A DNA stretch of 63,873 nucleotides, the filler included, from Acidimicrobiia bacterium (lineage in GTDB: Bacteria > Actinomycetota > Acidimicrobiia > Spongiisociales > SHLN01), in assembly GCA_041619515.1 (NCBI GenBank). It is 3 parts of 3 records of this genome, joined end to end, with 100 filler letters (N's around TTAATTAATTAA, not from the genome) between each part and the next. Parts side by side here need not be neighbours in the genome. Positions count along the whole stretch, not along the records: positions 45,484 to 63,873 come from JBFKDW010000062.1; 2 more parts are not named here. One strand, written 5' to 3'. The position numbers and the translations under genes were made by a program. This document shows, piece by piece, positions 53,324 to 63,707 of the stretch. Position 1 is the stretch's first letter. Each line of letters begins with the position of its first letter. The notes beneath the pieces are model-generated. The model saw only the letters and a list, made by a program, of their open reading frames with translations. It was not told the DNA's origin and did not search any database.

Positions 53324-54460
53324 ATGACCACCACTGGAGACATCGAACAGGCCCTGCGAGGCGTCGTCGACCCGGAGCTCGGCGGAGACGTCGTCGAGCT
53401 CGGCATGATCAAGGGCATCGACCTTGCCGAAGGCGTCGCCACCATCACGGTGGCCCTCACCATCGCCGGCTGCCCAATGCGCAACCAGATTGAAGGCGAC
53501 GTGCAGCGCAAAGTGGCCGCCCTCCCGGGAGTTGATTCCGTCTCGGTCGTCATGGGCGAGATGACGTCCGAGGAACGCGCCGCGGTCATGTCCAAGGCGC
53601 GATTTCGCGCTCGTGAGAATGCCGAGCCCACGATGGTCGACCCGGTTACCCGGGTCATCGCGGTCAGCAGCGGCAAGGGAGGGGTCGGCAAGTCCTCCGT
53701 CAGTGTCAACTTGGCGCTGGCGCTGGCCGATCAGGGTTTCTCCGTTGGGCTGCTCGATGCCGACATCTGGGGCTTCTCGATCCCCCGCATGCTCGGAGTC
53801 TCCTCCAAGCGGTTGGAGGCCGATGAAGACGGCAAGATCGTGCCCCTCGAGGCCCACGGCCTGAAGCTCGTGTCAACCGGGTTGCTGGTCGATGACGAGG
53901 ACAAGGCACTCATGTGGCGGGGCCTCATGCTCTCGAAGGCGCTCGAACAATTCCTCACCGACGTCGCCTGGGGCCATGTCGACTATCTGGTGGTGGACAT
54001 GCCGCCGGGCACCGGAGACATTCAGATGGCACTGGCCCGTCTACTGCCGCAGGCGGAGATGGTGGTGGTGACAACTCCTCAGCGAGCGGCCCAGAAGGTC
54101 GCCGCCCGCGTTGCCGACATGGCCCGGCGCAGCTTCATGCCCGTGATCGGCGTCATCGAGAACATGGCGGGGTTCACCACCCCCGCCGGTGAGCATTTCA
54201 AGCTCTTCGGCGAGGGCGGAGGCCAGGAGCTGGCCGACGAGCTGGGTGTCCCCCTGATCGCATCGATCCCCCTCGATCCCTTCGTGGTAGAGGGCGGCGA
54301 CGGCGGCGCCCCGGTGGTGGGCGCCCATCCGACGGCCCCGGCCGCGGTCGAGGTGACCAGAGCCGCCAAACGACTCGTCGAGCTGGTACCACCGGCCGAG
54401 GACGAGACGTGCACAGCTCGAATCGACCGGCTGCTCGAAGGATTGAAGGCCCGGGCGTAG
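53324..54460 (+). CDS. mrp: Mrp/NBP35 family ATPase (second paralog)
   Basis: DPELG, AGCPM, SGKGGVGKSS, MWRGLML, DMPPGTGD. Confidence 0.92.
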   Translation: MTTTGDIEQALRGVVDPELGGDVVELGMIKGIDLAEGVATITVALTIAGCPMRNQIEGDVQRKVAALPGVDSVSVVMGEMTSEERAAVMSKARFRARENAEPTMVDPVTRVIAVSSGKGGVGKSSVSVNLALALADQGFSVGLLDADIWGFSIPRMLGVSSKRLEADEDGKIVPLEAHGLKLVSTGLLVDDEDKALMWRGLMLSKALEQFLTDVAWGHVDYLVVDMPPGTGDIQMALARLLPQAEMVVVTTPQRAAQKVAARVADMARRSFMPVIGVIENMAGFTTPAGEHFKLFGEGGGQELADELGVPLIASIPLDPFVVEGGDGGAPVVGAHPTAPAAVEVTRAAKRLVELVPPAEDETCTARIDRLLEGLKARA

Positions 54461-54715
54461 CGGCGCCGGGAGGGCCATTCGAGCCGGATGTTCGCACCAC
54501 ATCGGGTGGCGTACTACCCTCACATTGGGCGACGAGGGCGGCAGGCTTCTTTGCGATGACGGAGCGCCCGGCGGCCTGCGCTGCCGGAACGAAACCCTGC
54601 ATGCGGGGGTCTCTTGTGAGCCTCAGGAGGGCCGCGGTGGCCGGGATTCGGTCCACCGGAGCCCGGGCGAGAGATAGGGCTGAGGGAGCCCCGGTTTCGG
54701 GAGTTTGAGAACTAC

Positions 54716-56365
54716 ATGATCATCGACGGCCGCACTGTTCCCTCCGGATCACGCATCGAGGCCGACGTCTGCATCGTCGGCGGCGGCATCGCCGGGATCA
54801 CGCTGGCGCTGCAATTCATCGGAACCGGGACCACCGTCGCGCTCGTGGAAAGCGGCGGCACCAGGTGGGACGACCGAACCCAGGACCTCTCGGCGGCCAC
54901 CAGCAGCGGCCAGGCCTATTTCCCGGTCAAGGAGACCCACCTGCGCGTGCTCGGCGGCAGCTCGCTCTCGTACGGGGGGATCTGTGCAGAACTTCCCCCG
55001 CTTCAGTTCGAGAAGCGGCCATGGGTTCCGGACAGCGGCTGGCCGTTTCCCAAACAGGAGCTCGACCCGTACTACCCCAGGGCGTACGAGCTGTTCGAGG
55101 TGGGCAAGGTCACCGAAGAGCCCGCCCTTCCCGCCACCGCCGGCACCACGGAATGGAGGAGGGTGCGGTTCAGCCCTCCGACGCGCTTTGGCACCCGGTA
55201 CGCCGGGGCCTTGGACAAGGCCGGCACCGTCACCACCTATCTGCATTCGACCGTGACCAGAATCGAGGCAGAGACCGGCGGTAGCCACATCAACGGAGTC
55301 CTGGTCTCCACCTTCGGAGGCAACCGGTACCGCATCGTTGCACGGCACTACGTTCTGGCCGGTGGGGGGATCGAGGTTCCCAGGCTGATGCTCGCCTCCA
55401 ACAACGTGGTCGCAACCGGCATCGGCAACCAGCATGACAACGTCGGGCGCTACTTCCAGGAGCATCCGAGAGTCGTCGACCGGTACTGGGTTTCGGGGAG
55501 GGCCGCCGCGCTCACGGGCAGCATTACGAGCAGCAGTCGTACCCTCCGCTTCTCACGGCTGGGGCTCAGCGAGACGGCCCAGCGCCAACACGAGCTGCTC
55601 GACTATCACGTCAACCTGTCCTTCGGCTTCGACGGCCAGGACAGCCCCCAGTGGTCGGCTCTCCGTCGCCTCATCAACGCGGGCCGCTCCCCGTGGAAGG
55701 ACAGCCCGTACTACCAGGACATCGGCGGAGGGCCGAACCGGGTGCGGTGGGCGGATGTCAAGAGCCTGCTGGCCCGGCCCGACCGGACCGTGCGAGGGAT
55801 CCTCGGAGCCACCCTTCGCCCCCGGTTCATCCGTCGATGGGTCGAGCTGCAGAGCAGTATCGAGCAGGTACCCCGCCGCGATAATCGGGTCGTGCTGACC
55901 ACTGCCAAGGACGAGCTGGGAATGCCCCGCGCAGAACTGCGCTGGAGCCTCGACGCCCGTGAGAAGCACACCTACTACCGGGGCCGGGAGCTGGTGCTCG
56001 AAGAGCTGGAGCGGCTCGAGCCCGGCCTGAGCGCCAACCGCAAGGACGAGCCGGAGCAATGGCCGGACCACGTGCTCGGTACCTGGCATCACTCCGGAAC
56101 CACCCGGATGAGCCGCCGCCCTCGTGACGGCGTGGTGGACCACAACGCCAGGGTCCACGGGACGGACAACCTGTTCGTGGCCGGGAGCTCGGTGTTCCCG
56201 ACCAGTGGCTCGACCGGGCCCTCACTCACCATCGCCTGTTTGAGCCTGAGGCTCGCCGATCACTTACAGGCGCGACTACGCAAACCACCTTCCGCCCTGG
56301 GCCGGGTGGAAGCGCCCGACACCGCTTTGCCCAGCCGGGTGGCCCGGCCCCCGGCCCGCGCCTGA
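54716..56365 (+). CDS. GMC family oxidoreductase
   Basis: VGGGIAG, VGRYFQEH, HHSGTTRM, NLFVAGSSVFPT.G..P.LT. Confidence 0.9.
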   Translation: MIIDGRTVPSGSRIEADVCIVGGGIAGITLALQFIGTGTTVALVESGGTRWDDRTQDLSAATSSGQAYFPVKETHLRVLGGSSLSYGGICAELPPLQFEKRPWVPDSGWPFPKQELDPYYPRAYELFEVGKVTEEPALPATAGTTEWRRVRFSPPTRFGTRYAGALDKAGTVTTYLHSTVTRIEAETGGSHINGVLVSTFGGNRYRIVARHYVLAGGGIEVPRLMLASNNVVATGIGNQHDNVGRYFQEHPRVVDRYWVSGRAAALTGSITSSSRTLRFSRLGLSETAQRQHELLDYHVNLSFGFDGQDSPQWSALRRLINAGRSPWKDSPYYQDIGGGPNRVRWADVKSLLARPDRTVRGILGATLRPRFIRRWVELQSSIEQVPRRDNRVVLTTAKDELGMPRAELRWSLDAREKHTYYRGRELVLEELERLEPGLSANRKDEPEQWPDHVLGTWHHSGTTRMSRRPRDGVVDHNARVHGTDNLFVAGSSVFPTSGSTGPSLTIACLSLRLADHLQARLRKPPSALGRVEAPDTALPSRVARPPARA

Positions 56366-56391
56366 TCTACCACCCGCCCACGACAGGGGGC

Positions 56392-58467
56392 TCAGGATTC
56401 GGCGGAGAGCTCCGTTACCTCGCGCCGGAACGGGGTGATATCCGGGTCGATGTCCACATCCAGCTCCCGGGCGTAGCGGTGCCCGTCCCACACCGCGGCT
56501 GCGATGGTCCCGGGGGCCCAGGCGTCCCCGACCGCCCGCACCGACGACAAGCCCGCCGATGCCCACTCGTTCCGCCTGGCTTCCAGCTCGGCGACGAGCC
56601 CGTCGTGAGGAAGCCGCCCCGTCACGGTCACGAGCGAGTCGGCGGTGATGTTCCCTTCCCGGCCCGTGTGGCCGTCGGCGATGGTCACCCCGTCGGCGTC
56701 GGCTCCGACCACGGCCGCCGACAGCTTCATCTCCACTCCCATCTCGAGCAAACGCCGGGCGATGAGATGCTGTTCGAGCGTGTTCGTGGTCCACTGTGAG
56801 ACCTGGGCGGCCGGCGTGACGAGCACGACGGCGAACCCCTCGGCATCCAGCAGCTCGGCGAGCACTCCGCCCATGTAGTAGTGGTCGTCGTCGAACAACA
56901 CCACCCGGCGACCGCGCGGTCGGAGACCGGCCATGATGTCGTCCGGGGTGAGCACTTCCATGCGGTCGTCGATCGGCACGGGGTGGGTATGCCAGCGCCC
57001 CACTCCGTCGCGACGCCAGCTGGAGCCGGTGGTGACGGCAACGTGATCGAAGTCGTATGTCAGGACCTCGTTCGCCGTCATCGGGCTCTCGAAGTAGTGC
57101 TCGACCGTGTCGAGCCGGCGCAACTGGCCCTCCCGATAATCCACCACCCGTATCCAGGCGGCCAGGCCGGGGAGTCGAGCCTCCCGTGCCACTCGCCCTC
57201 CGAGCTGTCGCGACTGTTCCACCAGCACCACCCGGTAGCCGCGCTTGCCGAGCGACACTGCCGCCTCCAACCCGGCGGGGCCGGCCCCGACGACGAGCAC
57301 CTTGGCATCGCTTTCCTTGGGCTCGATGCGCTCGGGGTGCCAGCCGCGCCGCCACTCCTCGCCCATCGACGGGTTCTGCGTGCACCGAATCGGCGACATC
57401 GTCCAGTCACCGGAGACACAGATGTTGCAGCCGATGCATTCGCGTATCTCGTCGATGCGGCCTTCCGAGATCTTGTTGGGGAGGAACGGGTCGGCGATGG
57501 AGGGACGGGCGGCGCCGATGAAGTCCAGGATGCCCTGGCGGATCATCCTGACCATGGTGTCGGGCGACGTGAACCGGCCGACCCCGACCACCGGCTTCGA
57601 AGTGAGCTGCTTGAGCCCCTTCACCCATTCTTCCTGGTGGGCTTCGGGGCTGAAGCGGGATGTCATCGAGTCGTCTGCCCAGCTGCCGGGGACGAAATCC
57701 CACAGATCGGGGTGTTCGCCGATGGTGCCGACGACCTCTTCGATCTCAGGCCGGGTGATGCCCGCATCACCGATCAGCTCGTCGACGGTGATTCGGCAGG
57801 CGATGGCCGCTCCGCCGTCGGCTTCCTCCACGGCATCTTCGATCAACTCCCGCAGCAGCCGCATCCGATTCTCGAGGCTGCCGCCGTATTCGTCGGCCCG
57901 CTGGTTGTAGCGCGGGGACAGAAAGTGATGGACTCCGCCGAGGTTGTGTCCTGCGTAGACGTAGACGAGATCGAACCCCGCCTGGATCGAGCGGCGAACT
58001 GCGGCACGGTGCCAGCGCCTGAGATCACCGATGTCGCGTTTTGACATGCGCCGTGCCTGCACCGGGTCATAGCCGGAACCGGTGACCGGCAGGTGGCCGG
58101 GACCCATGGGAGCTATTCGGGTGTAGTGGTTGGGAACGTGCATGCCGTTGTACGCCAGCTCGATGCCGGCCAGGCTCCCGTAGTCGTGCACCCGCTGGGC
58201 GGTTCTGGCCAGGGCCGGGATGTCGGCGTCGTCCCACAGGCGGCCCTCGATGTTGGGTGTGAATTCGGAGGAGTGGTGAATCTCGGTTTCTTCGGTGCAT
58301 ACCACCGCCCAGCCACCCTCGGCCTTGACCGCCCGCACCTCGGCAATAGCGGTGGGATCGCGGTAACCCATGCCGTTGCAATGGGGCACCTGAAAGAACC
58401 GATTGCGAGCAGTCACCGGCCCGATCTGCACGGGCTCGAACAAGATGTCGTACCGGGGGTCGCGCAC
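56392..58467 (-). CDS. Trimethylamine/histamine dehydrogenase-family flavoprotein
   Basis: NRFFQVPHC (6-S-cysteinyl-FMN Cys), RECIGCNIC [4Fe-4S], CTQNP, VGAGPAG. Confidence 0.88.
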   Translation of the reverse strand: MRDPRYDILFEPVQIGPVTARNRFFQVPHCNGMGYRDPTAIAEVRAVKAEGGWAVVCTEETEIHHSSEFTPNIEGRLWDDADIPALARTAQRVHDYGSLAGIELAYNGMHVPNHYTRIAPMGPGHLPVTGSGYDPVQARRMSKRDIGDLRRWHRAAVRRSIQAGFDLVYVYAGHNLGGVHHFLSPRYNQRADEYGGSLENRMRLLRELIEDAVEEADGGAAIACRITVDELIGDAGITRPEIEEVVGTIGEHPDLWDFVPGSWADDSMTSRFSPEAHQEEWVKGLKQLTSKPVVGVGRFTSPDTMVRMIRQGILDFIGAARPSIADPFLPNKISEGRIDEIRECIGCNICVSGDWTMSPIRCTQNPSMGEEWRRGWHPERIEPKESDAKVLVVGAGPAGLEAAVSLGKRGYRVVLVEQSRQLGGRVAREARLPGLAAWIRVVDYREGQLRRLDTVEHYFESPMTANEVLTYDFDHVAVTTGSSWRRDGVGRWHTHPVPIDDRMEVLTPDDIMAGLRPRGRRVVLFDDDHYYMGGVLAELLDAEGFAVVLVTPAAQVSQWTTNTLEQHLIARRLLEMGVEMKLSAAVVGADADGVTIADGHTGREGNITADSLVTVTGRLPHDGLVAELEARRNEWASAGLSSVRAVGDAWAPGTIAAAVWDGHRYARELDVDIDPDITPFRREVTELSAES

Positions 58468-58491
58468 ACAGGCACGCTACCAGCAACCGCC

Positions 58492-59676
58492 TCAGGGGCA
58501 GATGGCGTCGACGGTGGGGTAGGGGTTGACCGCATCGCCTCCGCCCGGGTGGATTTCGAAGTGGAGGTGGGGCCATTCTTCGGGAGCATTGCCGGTGCTG
58601 CCGACCGTCCCGAGAGTTTCGCCGGCCGCAAGACGCTGGCCTTCCACGAGACCCGGTGCCCAGGCATCCAGGTGGGCGTAGTAGTACTCATCGCCTCCGT
58701 CACCGGCCAACCACACCGTGATGCCGCCGAGGCCGCCGTCGGAAAGCCGTACGACGGTGCCGCTCTCGATCGCTACGAGGGGTGTGCCGCGGTCGGCCAT
58801 CATGTCGACCCCCTGATGGGTGCGACCGCCGGATCGGGGATCGCCCCAGGAGTCGCGGAAATGGTGCGGGCCCTGCACCGGACATATCAGCCCGTCGACG
58901 GGGAGTGCAGGCACCGTGGTCGTGGTGGTCGATGGCATCACCGTGGTCGTGGTCGTTGTGGTATCGACCGGCACCGTAGTCGTCGTGGTCCCGGCCGCCA
59001 GAGTGGTGGTGGTGGCGGCCGGAGGTGAGATGCTGGTCGTCGTCGTGGCAGGGGTGGTGGTCGTGGTCGTGGCCGTAGCGGTGGTCGTCGTTGCAATAGT
59101 GCTGCTCGTTGTCGTGGTGGCGTTGTATCGGAGCTCGGCTTCGTAGGCGGCGGCCAGGGAGGCGTACTCGGCGTCGAGCTGGTCGACTCTCCGGGACAGC
59201 TCATCGACGCGGCCGGCGGCATCGGCGGCGGTCGCCGCAAACCCATCGATCTCGGATTGCAGGAACTCGAGATCGGTCTCGAGGCCATCCACCAGCTCGG
59301 CGTGAGCCGAGACCATTTCCCGGTCGGCGCCGAGAGCCGCTTCGAGGTAGCGGCGGCCGATCGTCCGGTCGTACCACGGGCCTTCCGGCGCCCCGACGAA
59401 CAGGGCCAGCGACCGCCCGGCGGCCAGGCTGCGGCGTTCCGCTTGCTCGGCCAGGACGGCCTCGGCGTCGCCGGCGAGCTCGTCGTACTCGAACTGCACG
59501 AGACCGGCCGAATCGGAGGCCACCCGCTCATCCCAGGTCGCCGCCTCGAGCTGACCGAGTGCGTCCTGCAGTTCGAGCCGCAGATCCCGCAAATCCTCCT
59601 CGGTGATCGCCGAAGCCGGGGCCGTGACGATGCCGAGCGTGACGGCTGACGCCACGAGGATGACGAGCAGTCTCAT
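58492..59676 (-). CDS. M23 family metallopeptidase with coiled coil and Thr-rich linker
   Basis: HQGVD, YAHL, HLHFEIH. Confidence 0.9.
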   Translation of the reverse strand: MRLLVILVASAVTLGIVTAPASAITEEDLRDLRLELQDALGQLEAATWDERVASDSAGLVQFEYDELAGDAEAVLAEQAERRSLAAGRSLALFVGAPEGPWYDRTIGRRYLEAALGADREMVSAHAELVDGLETDLEFLQSEIDGFAATAADAAGRVDELSRRVDQLDAEYASLAAAYEAELRYNATTTTSSTIATTTTATATTTTTTPATTTTSISPPAATTTTLAAGTTTTTVPVDTTTTTTTVMPSTTTTTVPALPVDGLICPVQGPHHFRDSWGDPRSGGRTHQGVDMMADRGTPLVAIESGTVVRLSDGGLGGITVWLAGDGGDEYYYAHLDAWAPGLVEGQRLAAGETLGTVGSTGNAPEEWPHLHFEIHPGGGDAVNPYPTVDAICP

Positions 59677-60431
59677 CGCAGCGAGTACTCCCCGCCGTGG
59701 CGTCTCACCCGGCCGTCGGCGACGAGTTTTCGAAGATGAGCTTGGGCCGATTGGGTGGCCAGGGCCACGAGGGCCGGATCGAGGTCCGGATACACCGCCG
59801 CCACCACAGCCTCGATGCTGCGGGGGCCGCCGGACAGCGCGCCCACCACCTGGGTCTCGCGAGCACGCCGGTGCGCGATGTAGTCCGAGATCACCGTGGC
59901 CGGATCATGGATCTGATCGCCGTGACCGGGGAAGATCCGCACCGGGGCCAGCCGGGCGAGCCGATCCAGCGTCGCCATGTAGGCGGACATGTCCTCGACG
60001 ACGACGGTGGTTCCCGACTTGATGGTGTCTCCGGTGAAGACACCTTCGGAGACGGCAAAGCACATTGAATCTGGTGTATGGCCCGGTGTGTGCAGCACTT
60101 CGATCGACTCGGTTCCCACTACGACAACATCACCTTCGGCAATCGTGGAAATTGCTTGAAAACCGCCGTAATCGCCGAACCCGTACGAGGGAGCCCCGTA
60201 CTCGCGTGCCAGTGGATTGGCCGCCGGAGCGTGGTCCTGATGATGGTGGGTCACGAGGACACCGGCCACCGTTAGCCCGGAGACCGCCAGGCGGATGCGG
60301 TCGAGATGGGATTCGATGAGCGGCCCGGGGTCGAGGATCATCGCCTCGCCGTCCGAGACGAGGACGTAGCTGTTGGTGCCGGGCCCGGTGAACGGCCCCG
60401 GATTGGGAGCCAGGAGGCGTGTGATGCGCAT
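59673..60431 (-). CDS. MBL-fold metallo-hydrolase (LACTB2-like)
   Basis: APNPGPFTGPGTNSY, THHHQDH, TPGHT, PGHG. Confidence 0.9.
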   Translation of the reverse strand: MRITRLLAPNPGPFTGPGTNSYVLVSDGEAMILDPGPLIESHLDRIRLAVSGLTVAGVLVTHHHQDHAPAANPLAREYGAPSYGFGDYGGFQAISTIAEGDVVVVGTESIEVLHTPGHTPDSMCFAVSEGVFTGDTIKSGTTVVVEDMSAYMATLDRLARLAPVRIFPGHGDQIHDPATVISDYIAHRRARETQVVGALSGGPRSIEAVVAAVYPDLDPALVALATQSAQAHLRKLVADGRVRRHGGEYSLR

Positions 60432-60583
60432 GAGGCATTATTCCGGACCAAGGCCGCTTCCCCGGTATCGAGTAGACCGCCGCCGGTTGCGGGTATGGTT
60501 CGCACCGTGACGGGGCCGCACACACCGACGAGGGCGCCACGGCGACGCAGCACCGCGGCCGACCCGCCCGGGAAGCTGGCTTG

Positions 60584-63241
60584 ATGCGCTGGCTGGAACC
60601 GTTCCATACCGATCGAGTGCCCGATCCCGCCCGGCTGGGAGGGAAGGGGGCCGGTCTCGTGAGCATGCAGCAGGCCGGGTTCCCGGTTCCGCCCGGGTTC
60701 GTGATCACCTCCGACACCTGCCGTCAATACTTCGAGAACGAGAACACCTTCCCGGATGACCTGTGGACTGAGGTCGAGGATGCGGTCTCGGGCCTCGAAG
60801 AGGAGACCGGCAAGAGCTTCGGCGGAGCCTCGAACCCACTGCTGCTGTCGGTTCGGTCCGGGGCGGCGGTCTCGATGCCCGGCATGATGGACACGGTGCT
60901 CAACCTCGGGTTGAACCGGCCGGCCGTGGCCGGCTTGGCCGAGCTCACCGGCAACGCCCGGTTCGCCTGGGAGTCGTATCGCCGGTTCATCCAGATGTTC
61001 GCCGAGATCGTCTTCGACGTGCCGAGCGCCCGGCTGGCAGCGGCCGTCACGTCTGCTCGCTCCAGGGCGGGAGCGGGGGGCGGCGCTCTGCCGGTCGCGG
61101 CGGAACAGGAGCTGGTCGGACGGCTTGCCCAGATCGTGCAGGGTGTGGCCCGCCGCCCGATTCCCGACGATCCGATGGAGCAGCTGCGCCTCGCGATCGG
61201 CGCCGTGTTCGACAGCTGGACGAACCGCCGGGCGGTCGACTATCGCCGCACCAACAACATTCCTGATCACCTAGGCACGGCGGTGACGATCCAGACGATG
61301 GTGTTCGGCAACGCCGGTGGTGAATCGGGGACGGGGGTCGCCTTCACCCGCCACCCAGCCACCGGAGAGCCCACGTTCTACGGTGAGTATCTTCCCAATG
61401 CCCAGGGCGAGGAGGTGGTCGCCGGCCTGCGAACGCCGCTGTCACTGGGCGCCCTCTCGGAGCAGCTGCCCTCGATCCACCAGCAGCTCACCGAGATCGC
61501 CGCCCGGCTGGAAGCAAAGTACCGGGACATGCAGGACATCGAGTTCACCGTCGAGCACGGCAAGCTGTGGATGCTCCAAACCCGCACCGGCAAACGGACG
61601 GCCCGGGCGGCCGTCCGCATTGCCATCGACCTCGTACACGAGGGAATCATCTCGCGGGAGGAGGCGGTGCGCCGCGTCACCCCCGGCCGGATCGACGAGT
61701 TGCTCCACCCGGTTGTGAAGCCCGGCCCCGCCGACGTCGTGCTGGCGGTCGGCCTGCCTGCTTCACCGGGAGGGGCTTCGGGAACGGTGGTGTTCGATCC
61801 CGACGAGGCGCACGAACTAGCTGCGCAAGGCCATCCCGTCGTGCTCGTTCGGACCGAGACGAGCCCCGACGACTTCCACGGGATGGTGGCGGCAGCCGCG
61901 GTTGTCACCACACGCGGCGGGGTGACTTCCCACGCCGCCGTCGTCGCACGGGGCATGGGCAAGAGCTGTGTAGTCGGATGCGGCGACATCGAGGTCGACT
62001 ACGGCGCCCAGCTGTTCTCCGCGTCGGGAACCGAAGTATCCAAAGGGGATTGGATCACCGTCGACGGCACTACCGGCAGCGTGTATCAGGGACGGGTCGA
62101 GACGGCCAGCCCCGAGCTCGACGAGTACTTCGAGACCTTGATGGATTGGGCGGACGGCTTCCGCCGGCTTCGCATCCGGGCCAATGCCGATACCCCCGGG
62201 GATGCCCGCACCGCCCGCCAGTTCGGAGCCGAGGGCATCGGCCTGTGCCGTACCGAGCACATGTTCTTCGGCGAGGATCGCACCGCAGCGATGCGCGAGA
62301 TGATCATGGCGCCGAACGCGGTGTTGCGGGCGGAGGCGCTGGCGGTGCTCGAGCCGCTCCTCACCCACGACTTCGAGGGCATATTCGAGGTGATGGATGG
62401 GTACCCGGCCACGGTTCGCTTGCTGGACCCTCCACTCCACGAGTTCCTCCCCGGGCACGCCGAAACCGTACGCGAGATCGTCAGCCTCAAGCTCCATTTG
62501 CGTGAAGCAGTCGACCTCGTGGACATCGACCGCCTCCTCGCCGAGATCAACCGCCTGGAGGCAACACTGGACCGGATCGAGCGAGTGTCCGAGTCCAATC
62601 CGATGCTGGGCCATCGCGGCTGCCGGCTGGGGATCGCCTACCCCGAGATCACCGAGATGCAAGCGAGGGCACTGTTCACGGCGGCGGTCCGGTGCCATGA
62701 TCGAGGTATCGACGTACAGCCGGAGGTCATGGTCCCGTTGGTGGCGTTTCCCTCTGAGTTCCGGTCACAGGAAGCCTTGATCCGCGAGGTGGCGGGCCGG
62801 GTGTTCGCCGAGCACGGCATGTCCGTTGCCTACATCGTGGGAACGATGATCGAACTGCCGAGGGCCGCCCTCGCTGCCGGGGAGATCGCCCAAGACGCTG
62901 AGTTCTTCTCGTTTGGCACCAACGACCTCACCCAGACGACCATCGGGTTGAGTCGCGACGACTCGGGCCGCTTCCTACCCGGCTACATCTCCCGGGGCGT
63001 GATCCAGGAGGATCCGTTTCGATCGCTCGACATCGACGGGGTGGGTGAGTTGGTCAGGACCGGCGTGGAGAGGGGGCGGGCCAGCCGGCCCGATCTGAAG
63101 ATCGGCGTGTGCGGCGAGCACGGAGGCGACGCGGCGTCGATCGCCTTCTTCGACGAGATCGGCCTCGACTATGTGAGCTGCTCGCCGTACCGGGTGCCCG
63201 TCGCCCGGCTGGCCGCCGCCCACTCGGCGCTGCAGGTCTAG
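60584..63241 (+). CDS. ppdK: Pyruvate, phosphate dikinase
   Basis: LGGKGA, LLSVRSGA, GGVTSHAAVVARGMG, GLCRTEHMFF, SFGTNDLTQ, YVSCSPYRVP. Confidence 0.97.
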   Translation: MRWLEPFHTDRVPDPARLGGKGAGLVSMQQAGFPVPPGFVITSDTCRQYFENENTFPDDLWTEVEDAVSGLEEETGKSFGGASNPLLLSVRSGAAVSMPGMMDTVLNLGLNRPAVAGLAELTGNARFAWESYRRFIQMFAEIVFDVPSARLAAAVTSARSRAGAGGGALPVAAEQELVGRLAQIVQGVARRPIPDDPMEQLRLAIGAVFDSWTNRRAVDYRRTNNIPDHLGTAVTIQTMVFGNAGGESGTGVAFTRHPATGEPTFYGEYLPNAQGEEVVAGLRTPLSLGALSEQLPSIHQQLTEIAARLEAKYRDMQDIEFTVEHGKLWMLQTRTGKRTARAAVRIAIDLVHEGIISREEAVRRVTPGRIDELLHPVVKPGPADVVLAVGLPASPGGASGTVVFDPDEAHELAAQGHPVVLVRTETSPDDFHGMVAAAAVVTTRGGVTSHAAVVARGMGKSCVVGCGDIEVDYGAQLFSASGTEVSKGDWITVDGTTGSVYQGRVETASPELDEYFETLMDWADGFRRLRIRANADTPGDARTARQFGAEGIGLCRTEHMFFGEDRTAAMREMIMAPNAVLRAEALAVLEPLLTHDFEGIFEVMDGYPATVRLLDPPLHEFLPGHAETVREIVSLKLHLREAVDLVDIDRLLAEINRLEATLDRIERVSESNPMLGHRGCRLGIAYPEITEMQARALFTAAVRCHDRGIDVQPEVMVPLVAFPSEFRSQEALIREVAGRVFAEHGMSVAYIVGTMIELPRAALAAGEIAQDAEFFSFGTNDLTQTTIGLSRDDSGRFLPGYISRGVIQEDPFRSLDIDGVGELVRTGVERGRASRPDLKIGVCGEHGGDAASIAFFDEIGLDYVSCSPYRVPVARLAAAHSALQV

Positions 63242-63707
63242 CGCCCACCGAGCAGAAGGCCGCGGTCCCGGGAGGGGATGATCTCGCCGGATCCGCAGGG
63301 TTGGAGCACCGAGTTCCGCCGCGGGGTCGGGGCCGTCCTCGATGGCAGGATCGTCCGATCGAATGACCTGGTTCCGGCGGTGGTTGGCGCGTCCACCAGA
63401 CGAACCACCCGGTGGTTATGGCATATGGCTCGCCTCGCGTCGGCACGAGATGCGAGGCGATCGGTTCCAAGCCCGATTGCAGTTCAGGCCGCTGAGGAGC
63501 GGCTCGAAATCAGAAACTCCCGTGGGGTCGAAGCTCCGGGTGCGGATTCACCGGCATCGGCAGCGACGGCCACGAGAAGGAACGGCGTTCACGCCGGGCT
63601 TGCTGTGGCTCGAGCATCGACCACGCAACCTGACCCGAGCTGCGACGCCTGGCCCGTCCGAACGGCGAAGCGGTCGCCCCGTCCAAGGATGTGCGACCCT
63701 TCCGACC

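Noticed and set aside
63242..63707. ncRNA or gene downstream of ppdK
   Set aside because: Only scattered short hairpins and motif-less ORFs
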